Source: Pedosphaera sp. (GTDB lineage: Bacteria > Verrucomicrobiota > Verrucomicrobiia > Limisphaerales > SIBH01). Taken from it: a stretch of DNA of 10,875 bases. Of the stretch, positions 1 through 7,125 are shown one piece after another (the stretch's first letter is position 1; each line of letters opens with the position of its first letter). The notes beneath the pieces were generated by a model. It saw nothing but the letters and a program-made list of their open reading frames with translations, was not told the DNA's origin and made no database searches. Both the position numbers and the translations under genes were made by a program. The stretch covers positions 1 to 10,875 of the forward strand of contig JANOQV010000270.1 in the NCBI GenBank assembly GCA_031414955.1, read 5' to 3'.

Positions 1-55
1 TGGGCCGGGGCTTGGGCGCGGGACTGGGTTGACTTGGGGGCGATGCTTTTTTCAT
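1..55 (-). CDS. Possible 5' end of a gene running off the left edge (MKKASPPSQPSPAPKPRP...)
   Basis: ATG at 55-53 opens a frame with no stop to the window edge, and TTGACA lies upstream at 131-126. Another open frame starts at ATG 74, so frame and product are uncertain. Confidence 0.3.
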   Translation of the reverse strand, partial: MKKASPPSQPSPAPKPRP

Positions 56-256
56 GTGACGACACGACAGCCATGTTCTTGTTTTTGCCGGTCGAGGAAC
101 CGTGACCACCTCACTTTAAGAACAGTGTCAAGATGCACCCCTGCGGGACGAGCGCACTTGAGCCGCGCGGCCTGGGAGAGCAAGACGACCTTGGGGGTCG
201 AAGCAACTCCCGCTCCCCTGCCCCGCGCTGGCCCGGTGAAACCACCGGCGCGCAAG

Positions 257-2638
257 CTAGCGGGCACTCTTCGCGATTTCCTCGTAGGCCGCGAGCGAGC
301 GCCGATAGTCCTGGAGCAGTGATTCCGGCGCGACGCCCTGGCTGCGCACAATTTCCTCCCGCACCCGCGAGACCAGCCAGTCGGCCTCGGCGCGGCGCGG
401 GCGGAGCGGCTGGTCGGGAATTTCAAAATGCCACGGGGCAGTGTGCGCAAACCGGATGCGGCCCCCGGCCCGTCTCTCGAAACAGCGCCAAGCCAGCCAG
501 GAACTGCTTTCAGGCCGGAAGGATGTGGCGAAGCGGCTCTCGAAACCACCGGCGGCAGCCGGGCGATTCTCGGGTTCCACCAGCCGGGCCACCGTGCCAT
601 TCACGACCAGCTCGAGGGATTCCAACGGCTGCTCGCTCCGCACGATGCAGTCGAGTTGATGCCACTGCGCGGTCGCGGAGGAAAAGTTTGTTCCAGGCCA
701 TTGGCCATCGACCTTGGCGAAAATCATCGGGCCGGTCGTGACGAAACTGCGCCCCGCCGCCAGCCCGCGCATCCATCCGTCAAAGGTGAACGGCCCGTCG
801 CACTGCACATAAACACGGCTGAAGCCGAGCGGCACCGGATGCACGCCGTTGGCCGTGCCGGCTGAGGGACGCAGGCGGAAGCCACAGTCCAGCAACGCGT
901 AGTAAGTCTGAAAACCGTAGAGCGTCCAGTCGCGTTCCTGGTCCGTGCCAGAGCCGGAGAGTCCCATCCACGCGGGCGCGGGCACGGCCCAGTTCTTGAT
1001 CCCATACTCAGTTTGCCAGTGGTGGTTATTGCCCAGTTCAAAAAGATCGATCTTGAGCACGGGCACGAGCGCGAGCGACCACGGCCAGTTGTGTTTCTCC
1101 AGATCCAGCAAAGCGCCTTCGGCCCGAGCTTGCTCGGCCACGGCGGCGAGGGGCAACGCCGGCTGATCGAAGCGTGTCCGGTGGTTCAGCACGAGCAGCG
1201 CGCCCAAAGTGTGGTTCGAGTTCCCGGTCCGAAAAATCTCATATTCGGTGTTGCGTGGCTGCCAGAAGTGCCGCGCATCAATGCGCACCGGAGCGTCGCC
1301 AAAATCGCCCGCGAATCCGCGTCCGCTGGCCGTCGGGGCGATGGTCGAGGCCGTGGTCCAGTCCACCATCGGCAGGCCTACGTTCACGTCCTCGGCCAGC
1401 ATCACATTCGGCAGTTCGGCCGGGTCGCGATGATTGTGCGTGTCGCCCGAGAACCACCCTTGCTCGTTCATGTTGATCCAGCGGCGCAGGGCGAACGTCT
1501 GTTTCGGCAGACCGCGCCCGACTTCGACCTCGCGCGTCTCGGGCCAGAACTCCTTCCCATGCTCGATGGTGAACGTGTAACGCCCCGGCGGCAGTTCGAC
1601 CCGGAAAGGATGCGCCGAAAGCGTGGTGTGCATCTCCACCGACCTGCTGTTGAACCCGCTCTTGCGTTCGTAGCGGATGGCCGAACCGCTCGAGGCGGTG
1701 CTCTTCGGAAAATGCCACGCACCATTCGGGCCACGCAGGTAAAGACGCGCGGGCAAAGGCTGCCTCGTGGCTGCGTCCACGATCTCACCCTCCACCAACA
1801 CCTCCGAGCGCGCGGCCTGGCGCAGCTTGATGACGGCCAGCGGATCGTCTGGAGCTTGCCCAGGATCGACATAGCGCGCGAGGTCACGCAGCGCGATGAC
1901 CTGGAAGGCGTTGGTCTTCAGATAACGCATGAAGGCCTCGAATCGATCCGGCCGAGTGTGGACCCACGGATGTTCCCGGTCGGGCACGCCATGAAATTGC
2001 AGGATCGCGATGCGCCCGCCACGCGCCTGGGACACCGCCAGCGTGAAATCCTCCAGCGTCCAATCCGGCCGGGCATCGCCCGCCGTGGGCAAGAGGAGAG
2101 GATGATCCGCACCCGGCTCAAAGGCCACGCCCCGCCCCCACTCGTAGGCGTGCTCAGGGGCGCCGCCGCGGCGGGCGAAGCGGAAGCCCAGTTCCCGCAG
2201 TATCGGCAGCGCCTCCGGCACAAGCGCGTTGCCGGGATAGGCGAAGGTCACCGGCTTCGGAAGGCCGTGTTCAACACAGCGCGCATTGATGGCCTCCACT
2301 TGTGCGCGCAATTGCGGCAGTGTGCGCGTGGTCAACCCGAGGTGATCCCGCGTGTGGTTGCCAATCTCAAAACCGTCGTCGTGCAATTCTCGAATCTGCG
2401 CCCACGTCATGTAATCGCGTTTGTTGGTGGGAAAAGAAAACCCTTCCGTGATGAAGAAGGTGGCTCCGAACCCCAGACGCTTCAGCAGCGGCCGCACCAC
2501 CGCATGATGCGACGCCACCGAGTCGTCGAACGTCAGGACCACGAGCTTTTCGGGAATCGGTTCCAGCGCGCGCACTGAGATCAGGCCCAGGTCAGAAGCG
2601 ATGAGGAGGCCGATCCAGAGCAACATGCGGGAGTTCAT
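257..2638 (-). CDS. Secreted polysaccharide deacetylase (CE4/NodB domain) fused to a CehA/McbA-family (PHP-like) metallohydrolase, 793 aa
   Basis: Signal-peptide-like start MNSRMLLWIGLLIASDLGLISVRA. CE4 motifs LTFDD, GNHTRDH, FAYP and LQFH. C-terminal metallohydrolase motifs SGDTHNH, GTANGVH, GFSRVYV and GRSFVTTGP. Start moved from 2734 to ATG 2638 because of the signal peptide and the adjacent promoter. Confidence 0.85.
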   Translation of the reverse strand: MNSRMLLWIGLLIASDLGLISVRALEPIPEKLVVLTFDDSVASHHAVVRPLLKRLGFGATFFITEGFSFPTNKRDYMTWAQIRELHDDGFEIGNHTRDHLGLTTRTLPQLRAQVEAINARCVEHGLPKPVTFAYPGNALVPEALPILRELGFRFARRGGAPEHAYEWGRGVAFEPGADHPLLLPTAGDARPDWTLEDFTLAVSQARGGRIAILQFHGVPDREHPWVHTRPDRFEAFMRYLKTNAFQVIALRDLARYVDPGQAPDDPLAVIKLRQAARSEVLVEGEIVDAATRQPLPARLYLRGPNGAWHFPKSTASSGSAIRYERKSGFNSRSVEMHTTLSAHPFRVELPPGRYTFTIEHGKEFWPETREVEVGRGLPKQTFALRRWINMNEQGWFSGDTHNHRDPAELPNVMLAEDVNVGLPMVDWTTASTIAPTASGRGFAGDFGDAPVRIDARHFWQPRNTEYEIFRTGNSNHTLGALLVLNHRTRFDQPALPLAAVAEQARAEGALLDLEKHNWPWSLALVPVLKIDLFELGNNHHWQTEYGIKNWAVPAPAWMGLSGSGTDQERDWTLYGFQTYYALLDCGFRLRPSAGTANGVHPVPLGFSRVYVQCDGPFTFDGWMRGLAAGRSFVTTGPMIFAKVDGQWPGTNFSSATAQWHQLDCIVRSEQPLESLELVVNGTVARLVEPENRPAAAGGFESRFATSFRPESSSWLAWRCFERRAGGRIRFAHTAPWHFEIPDQPLRPRRAEADWLVSRVREEIVRSQGVAPESLLQDYRRSLAAYEEIAKSAR

Positions 2639-2645
2639 GGCCGGC

Positions 2646-2674
2646 AGTGTAGGCCGGCGCGCCCCGCCAAACAA
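2646..2674 (-). promoter_or_regulatory. Sigma70-type promoter, probably giving a leaderless transcript of the deacetylase gene
   Basis: The minus strand reads TTGTTT-N17-TACACT-N7-ATG(2638), with no Shine-Dalgarno sequence. Confidence 0.55.
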
Positions 2675-2847
2675 CGACGGAGCGGAGCGCCGAGCCGGCT
2701 CGACTGGAATGACTGCCACTCCGGGCCGGGCCATGCGCGGCGCTTCAGGTTCTTGGAAATGGAACTCAGCAAAGGGCCGCTGACCAAAGTCGCGGCCACG
2801 CTCAGGAAGAAGACGAGAAGCGATTCTCCCGCCTCATGAACCATCGG

Positions 2848-2901
2848 CTGATTCCAGGCGCGTACGGATGAGGGTCTTCATCGGTGCGCGCCTGGAATCG
2901 G
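2848..2901. repeat. Long imperfect palindrome (25-bp arms, 4-nt loop)
   Basis: CTGATTCCAGGCGCGTACGGATGAG-ggtc-TTCATCGGTGCGCGCCTGGAATCGG: 21 Watson-Crick pairs, 3 G-T pairs and 1 mismatch on the + strand. Confidence 0.85.
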
Positions 2902-2985
2902 TGGGGCGAGAGCCGAGGAGCGGGGCTGGGCGACCTCGCTCGGCCAGGCGAAAATGAGCGTCGGCCACCGTTGGCATCGCTTCCC

Positions 2986-4380
2986 CTACTCTGGCTTGCG
3001 CACCACCAGCAGCGAGTTCGCCACCGTGTCCTCGCCCTGGGCGGGGCTGTTCATGATGCGGCCATTCATCCACAACTGCGCGGACTTGCCCCCATCGAGA
3101 TTCATCGCTTCGGTGCAACCCAGGCCGGCCATGAACTCCGCCAGTTCAGCCAGCTTCATGCCCGCGGACAAGCCGGGTTGACGGCCATCCGCCACCACGA
3201 AATAGAAATGGGTGGGACTCCAGCCCACGGCGGAGCGCGGGTGCCGCTGGTACTTGGAGGCTTCGCTGTAGGCACCCGGACTGCCGGGAGGCGGAGACTT
3301 GAGCGAGAACGCCCTGCCCTTTTCGATCAAGGCCGGACCGCCTGCGATCGCGTGCTTCACCCCGTTCAAGTCGGGCGTCGTGACGGTGGAGATGAGCAGG
3401 GTGTCGCCGGGTTTCACCACCGGCAAACTGCCCAGCAGATCCGGTGCGAGCGAGAGGACCAAGACCTCTCCGGTCAGCGGCGTGTTGCCAGCCGTCTGCA
3501 CCTCGCGGACGCGCGCGCGGTAACTCTGCCCGGCTCCGAGCGGCAACCACGGGCCGGCTCCGCTCGGCTCGAGCACCAATTCACGCCCGCCGTTGGCCCG
3601 CGTCGAGGGACCGTAGGTCGGCGTGTAGAGCACGGCCAGGCCCGAGGTGCGCCGCTGGTTGAGATTGAACGGCGTCTTGCGCCCGTCCGGCCAGGTGACA
3701 CTGAAATCGCCCTTCACCTCGTCGAGGTGCGGATTTCCCTCTGGATCGAACCACACGCAGACCGTGCTGGGACCGCTGATCAGATCACCGTTCATTATTT
3801 GCAGCCCGCGCGGATCGCCGCCGTAAGTGGGATCGTCCCGGAGGTAAAAGTCGCCGTTGACCGCGGCCAGCGCGCGTCCGGCCTCGCGCGGCACGGAGCG
3901 GGCCTGCTCCGCGAGCAGGCTGACCCCGAGCACCTTGCTCCGGGCGTGGGTGGAGAAGATGGAGAGATCTTTCTGCGCGCGATCCACCTTCACCACATGG
4001 AGAGACCACGGCTCGCTGGCCACCCGGACGTTGGTATAGCTCAGGCCCGGCTCACTCCGGCGCGGAGCAAAGGAGACCGCGCCGGCGGCTTGAGGTGCGC
4101 GGGCCTCCGCGGCGAAAGCCAGCGCACGCTCCGCTTCCCGCGCGTGGGCGGCGGAGGCCCGGGCCTGGACCTGCTGGCGCACCATGAACAAACCCAGCAC
4201 GAGCAACCCGACCATGATTACCACTCCGAAGGCTCCGGCGCAGATCCCAACAACGGCCAGCGGGCTTAACCCACGCGGGAGCGGCGGCGGTCGGAGAGAC
4301 GAAAGAGGTGGCGGCACAGCCCCCGCTGCCGACAGGCAAACCGGCGCGGGCGACTGATCACTGAAATGTGGAGTGGACAC
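2986..4380 (-). CDS. Phosphodiester glycosidase family protein (NAGPA/DUF2233 domain) with an N-terminal membrane anchor, ~464 aa
   Basis: Motifs AAVNGDFY, HPRSAVG, VVADGRQPGLSAG, AMNLDGGKS and VANSLLV. Hydrophobic helix LAVVGICAGAFGVVIMVGLLVLGLFMV. The GTG start is uncertain. Confidence 0.85.
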   Translation of the reverse strand: MSTPHFSDQSPAPVCLSAAGAVPPPLSSLRPPPLPRGLSPLAVVGICAGAFGVVIMVGLLVLGLFMVRQQVQARASAAHAREAERALAFAAEARAPQAAGAVSFAPRRSEPGLSYTNVRVASEPWSLHVVKVDRAQKDLSIFSTHARSKVLGVSLLAEQARSVPREAGRALAAVNGDFYLRDDPTYGGDPRGLQIMNGDLISGPSTVCVWFDPEGNPHLDEVKGDFSVTWPDGRKTPFNLNQRRTSGLAVLYTPTYGPSTRANGGRELVLEPSGAGPWLPLGAGQSYRARVREVQTAGNTPLTGEVLVLSLAPDLLGSLPVVKPGDTLLISTVTTPDLNGVKHAIAGGPALIEKGRAFSLKSPPPGSPGAYSEASKYQRHPRSAVGWSPTHFYFVVADGRQPGLSAGMKLAELAEFMAGLGCTEAMNLDGGKSAQLWMNGRIMNSPAQGEDTVANSLLVVRKPE

Positions 4381-4440
4381 GGGTTGGATTCATACCCGCC
4401 CCAGCCGAGCTTGGGCAATCCCGGATTCACTACCCTCGGG

Positions 4441-4611
4441 ATGGCGAGCGCATCTGGACACGGTGCTTGGTTTCCCGGAGTTGAGCCTGGGAGGCGCTTT
4501 GACCCAGGGTGGCCTCGGCTGGAACGAGGCAAGCCCAAGAGAGCTACTTTGAGCGAACAGGGGTTGGACGAGTTCAAGAGAGCCTGCCCCATGAACACCG
4601 GCCCGCGCCAT
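4441..4611 (+). ncRNA. Candidate structured RNA, possibly 6S-like
   Basis: Nested pairings ATGGCG/CGCCAT, CGGTG/CACCG, TTGAGC/GTTCAA and an apical GCCTCG/CGAGGC followed by AAGCC. About 170 nt, with TACCCT at 4431-4436 just upstream. Judged by eye only. Confidence 0.3.
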
Positions 4612-4621
4612 TTGTCGGCGC

Positions 4622-4652
4622 TTGCCATCGAAAAGAGGCGTTTGTTTAATCT
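4622..4652 (+). promoter_or_regulatory. Sigma70-type promoter for lpxC/fabZ, probably leaderless
   Basis: TTGCCA(4622-4627)-N17-TTTAAT(4645-4650), or TAATCT at 4647-4652, lies 5-7 nt before GTG 4658. Confidence 0.5.
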
Positions 4653-4657
4653 CGCCC

Positions 4658-6052
4658 GTGGCACAACAGCAAACTTTGCGGCGCAGCGTCAGCTTTTCCG
4701 GCATCGGCCTGCACAGCGGCAATCGCGTGAACATGACTTTCCTGCCCGGGGCGGCGAACAGCGGCCTGCGCTTTCGTCGCACGGACCTCGAGGGCAAGCC
4801 CGAGTTGGAAGCGCGGGTGGAGAACGTCGTCGATACCAACCGCTCCACCACGCTTGGGCGGGGCGCGCTCAAAATTCACACCGTGGAGCATGTCCTGGCC
4901 GCCTTCTCCGGCTGCGAGATCGACAACGCCATCGTGGAAATTGATTCCAATGAGCCGCCCATTGCCGACGGCAGTTCGCGCGAATATGTGAAGATGATCG
5001 ATTCGGTCGGGAGCGCGGCGTTGACCGAGGCGCGCGAACCGTATCGGGTGAAAGAACCGATCGAACTCCAGATTGGCGACGCCATGATGTCCGTGTTTCC
5101 GCACGACAAGCTGAAGATCAGCTGCACCAGCGCGGACGGCGGCAACCGCTTCACCCAGTTCTACAGCCTCGAAGTGTCACCAGAGAGCTGGCGCAAGGAA
5201 CTGGCCCATGCCCGCACGTTCGTCTTCTTCGAGGAGATTCAATACCTCTACAAGACCGGGTTGATTCGCGGGGGCAGCCTGGAAAACGCCGTCGTCATTC
5301 GCGATGACGCCGTGCTGACCAACGAACCGCTGCGCTACAACGAAGAGTTCGTGCGGCACAAGATTCTCGACATCCTCGGCGACCTGTCGCTGCTCGGTCG
5401 TCCGCTGCAGGGGCACATCATCGCCATCCGCCCGAGCCACCAGTCAAACTTCGAACTGGCCAAAGCCATTCAAGCGCAGATTCGCAAGCCGCTGGTCGCG
5501 GCCCAGACCTTCGCCCCGCCGCCCCAGCCGCCCGCGCCCCGCGAGCGCGAAACGACGCCCGAGACGAAGACCGACCCGAAGGCCGCGCCGGCCAGCCCGA
5601 CGGAGTCCTTGGTGCGCGATGGCGTGACGCTCGACATCATCCAAGTGATGAAATTGCTGCCGCACCGGCATCCGTTCCTGATGGTGGACAAGGTCACGCG
5701 CATCGAGGGCAACAAAATGACGGCCGTGAAGCAGGTGAGCATTGGCGAATTTTACTTCCAGGGACATTTTCCCGGCCACCCCATCATGCCCGGCGTGTTG
5801 CAACTGGAAGCGATGGCCCAGGTGGCCGGCATTCTCATGATGCGCCAGGCCGAGAACACCGGGAAACTGGCCTATTTCATGGCCGCCGACAGCGTGAAAT
5901 GGCGCAAGCCCGTGCGCCCCGGTGACACCCTGGTCATCGACGTGGAAATGACCAAGGCGCGCGGGAAAATCGGCAAGGCCAAGGGCGTGTGCTCGGTCGA
6001 TGGCGAACCGGTGAGCGAGGCCGAAGTCACCTTCATGCTCATCGACCAGTAA
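4658..6052 (+). CDS. lpxC/fabZ: Bifunctional UDP-3-O-acyl-N-acetylglucosamine deacetylase / 3-hydroxyacyl-ACP dehydratase (LpxC-FabZ fusion), 464 aa
   Basis: LpxC motifs QQTL...GIGLHSG, TVEHVLAA, EPPIADGSS, ARTF, GGSLENAVV and EFVRHKILD. FabZ motifs LPHRHPFLMVD and FQGHFPGHPIMPGVLQLEAMAQ. Start placed at GTG 4658, just before the conserved QQTL. Confidence 0.96.
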   Translation: MAQQQTLRRSVSFSGIGLHSGNRVNMTFLPGAANSGLRFRRTDLEGKPELEARVENVVDTNRSTTLGRGALKIHTVEHVLAAFSGCEIDNAIVEIDSNEPPIADGSSREYVKMIDSVGSAALTEAREPYRVKEPIELQIGDAMMSVFPHDKLKISCTSADGGNRFTQFYSLEVSPESWRKELAHARTFVFFEEIQYLYKTGLIRGGSLENAVVIRDDAVLTNEPLRYNEEFVRHKILDILGDLSLLGRPLQGHIIAIRPSHQSNFELAKAIQAQIRKPLVAAQTFAPPPQPPAPRERETTPETKTDPKAAPASPTESLVRDGVTLDIIQVMKLLPHRHPFLMVDKVTRIEGNKMTAVKQVSIGEFYFQGHFPGHPIMPGVLQLEAMAQVAGILMMRQAENTGKLAYFMAADSVKWRKPVRPGDTLVIDVEMTKARGKIGKAKGVCSVDGEPVSEAEVTFMLIDQ

Positions 6053-6825
6053 TGAAGTCCATCCACCCGACGGCGGTTGTTCACGCTGGGGCGCAGGTCG
6101 GCGAGGACTGTCTGATCGGCCCCTATTGCGTGGTGGGTGAACACGCCGTGCTGGCCCGCGGTTGCCAGCTTCATGCCCACGTCGTGATTGACGGCCACAC
6201 CACGCTGGGGGAAGGAAATGAAATTTTTCCCTTCGCCAGCCTCGGACTGAAGTCCCAGGATTTGAAGTGGAAGGGCGGCCTCACTCGCGTGGAAATCGGC
6301 CGCGACAACACCTTCCGCGAACACGTCACCATCCATAGCGCCACCGCCGACGGAGGCGTGACGCGCCTCGGTTCGCACAACCACCTCCTGGCTTACGCGC
6401 ACGTCGCACACGATTGCACCCTGGGCGACCACATCGTCATGTCCAACGTCGCCACGCTCGCGGGCCACATCATCGTCGAGGACCACGCCACCATTGGCGG
6501 GCTGGCGGCGGTGCATCAGTTCTGCCGCATCGGACGGATGTCCATCATCGGTGGCTGCTCGAAAGTGGTGCAGGACGTGCCGCCCTTCATGCTGGTGGAT
6601 GGCAATCCCGCCGAGACCCGGACCATCAACAAGGTCGGCCTGGAACGCAACGGCGTGTCCGAGGAAACGCAGAACGCCCTCAAGCACGCCTACAAGATTC
6701 TCTTCCGCGACGGCCTGACGATTCCAAATGCCCTGGCGAAGATTGAGGCGGAGTTGCCGCCTTCCGAGGAACTGGCCCATCTGATCCAATTCGCCCGCGC
6801 CAGTGAGCGGGGAGTGTGCAAGTGA
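6052..6825 (+). CDS. lpxA: Acyl-ACP--UDP-N-acetylglucosamine O-acyltransferase, 257 aa
   Basis: IHPTAVV start, hexapeptide repeats, SQDLKW, HVAHDC, LAGH, VHQFCRIG, QDVPPF and INKVGLER. ATG 6052 overlaps the upstream TAA (TAATG). Confidence 0.97.
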   Translation: MKSIHPTAVVHAGAQVGEDCLIGPYCVVGEHAVLARGCQLHAHVVIDGHTTLGEGNEIFPFASLGLKSQDLKWKGGLTRVEIGRDNTFREHVTIHSATADGGVTRLGSHNHLLAYAHVAHDCTLGDHIVMSNVATLAGHIIVEDHATIGGLAAVHQFCRIGRMSIIGGCSKVVQDVPPFMLVDGNPAETRTINKVGLERNGVSEETQNALKHAYKILFRDGLTIPNALAKIEAELPPSEELAHLIQFARASERGVCK

Positions 6826-6932
6826 TGCCCCCCGGCTCGGCCACGACGCAGAACCACCCCGGACAGATAATCTCTCTACGCTTGGCATGATAGGGTCTGC
6901 TCCTAAGACCAGGCTTTCGGAATTCTGAATTA

Positions 6933-6961
6933 TTGACAGCCAGCGCAGCTCCTCCGACTCT
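6933..6961 (+). promoter_or_regulatory. Promoter for the leader peptide/EamA transcript
   Basis: Perfect TTGACA (6933-6938), a 17-nt spacer, a weak -10 GACTCT (6956-6961), and the leader ATG 8 nt downstream. Confidence 0.5.
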
Positions 6962-6969
6962 CCGCCCGC

Positions 6970-7092
6970 ATGTTCTTGAAAACGCCCCGGATGATTTCGC
7001 CCCGCGCGCTGCACGCAGCGTGGGGCTGCGTCGTCGTCTGGTCGATTGGCCTGGCCCAGCGCGTCGAGCGCGCCGGCGGTTTTCGCGAATGA
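6970..7092 (+). CDS. Putative attenuator leader peptide, 40 aa: MFLKTPRMISPRALHAAWGCVVVWSIGLAQRVERAGGFRE
   Basis: ATG 6970 (alternative ATG 6991) to TGA 7090-7092. Tandem GTC GTC GTC at 7030-7038 is bracketed by TGG codons at 7021 and 7039. The ORF ends 23 nt before an intrinsic terminator. Confidence 0.7.
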   Translation: MFLKTPRMISPRALHAAWGCVVVWSIGLAQRVERAGGFRE

Positions 7093-7125
7093 ATTAAGGA
7101 ACACACCATTTTCGCAAACCCGCCG
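7074..7125 (+). promoter_or_regulatory. Antiterminator helix of the attenuator
   Basis: CGGCGG(7074-7079)/CCGCCG(7120-7125), TTT(7081-7083)/AAA(7116-7118) and GCGAA(7085-7089)/TTCGC(7111-7115). This helix sequesters the 5' arm of the terminator. Confidence 0.7.

Noticed and set aside
233..248. Hairpin CCGGTG-aaac-CACCGG just after the deacetylase stop
   Set aside because: 6-bp stem with no U-tract, too weak to call a terminator.
1013..2578. 521-aa plus-strand ORF
   Set aside because: Antisense shadow of the deacetylase/metallohydrolase gene, expected with high-GC codon bias; no recognisable motifs.
2639..2734. N-terminal extension of the deacetylase ORF given in the ORF track
   Set aside because: Low-complexity sequence that precedes the signal peptide and contains the predicted promoter.
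2884..4269. 461-aa plus-strand ORF
   Set aside because: Antisense shadow of the phosphodiester glycosidase gene; Arg/Gly/Ala-rich with no motifs.
4401..4539. Crossing complementarities CCAGCCGAG/CTCGGCTGG and CTTGGGC/GCCCAAG suggesting a pseudoknot or riboswitch
   Set aside because: No recognisable riboswitch aptamer; the 5' halves overlap a predicted promoter, and chance pairing is likely at this GC content.
5989..6051. Upstream start for lpxA given in the ORF track
   Set aside because: Overlaps the fabZ domain; the conserved IHPTA N-terminus follows ATG 6052.
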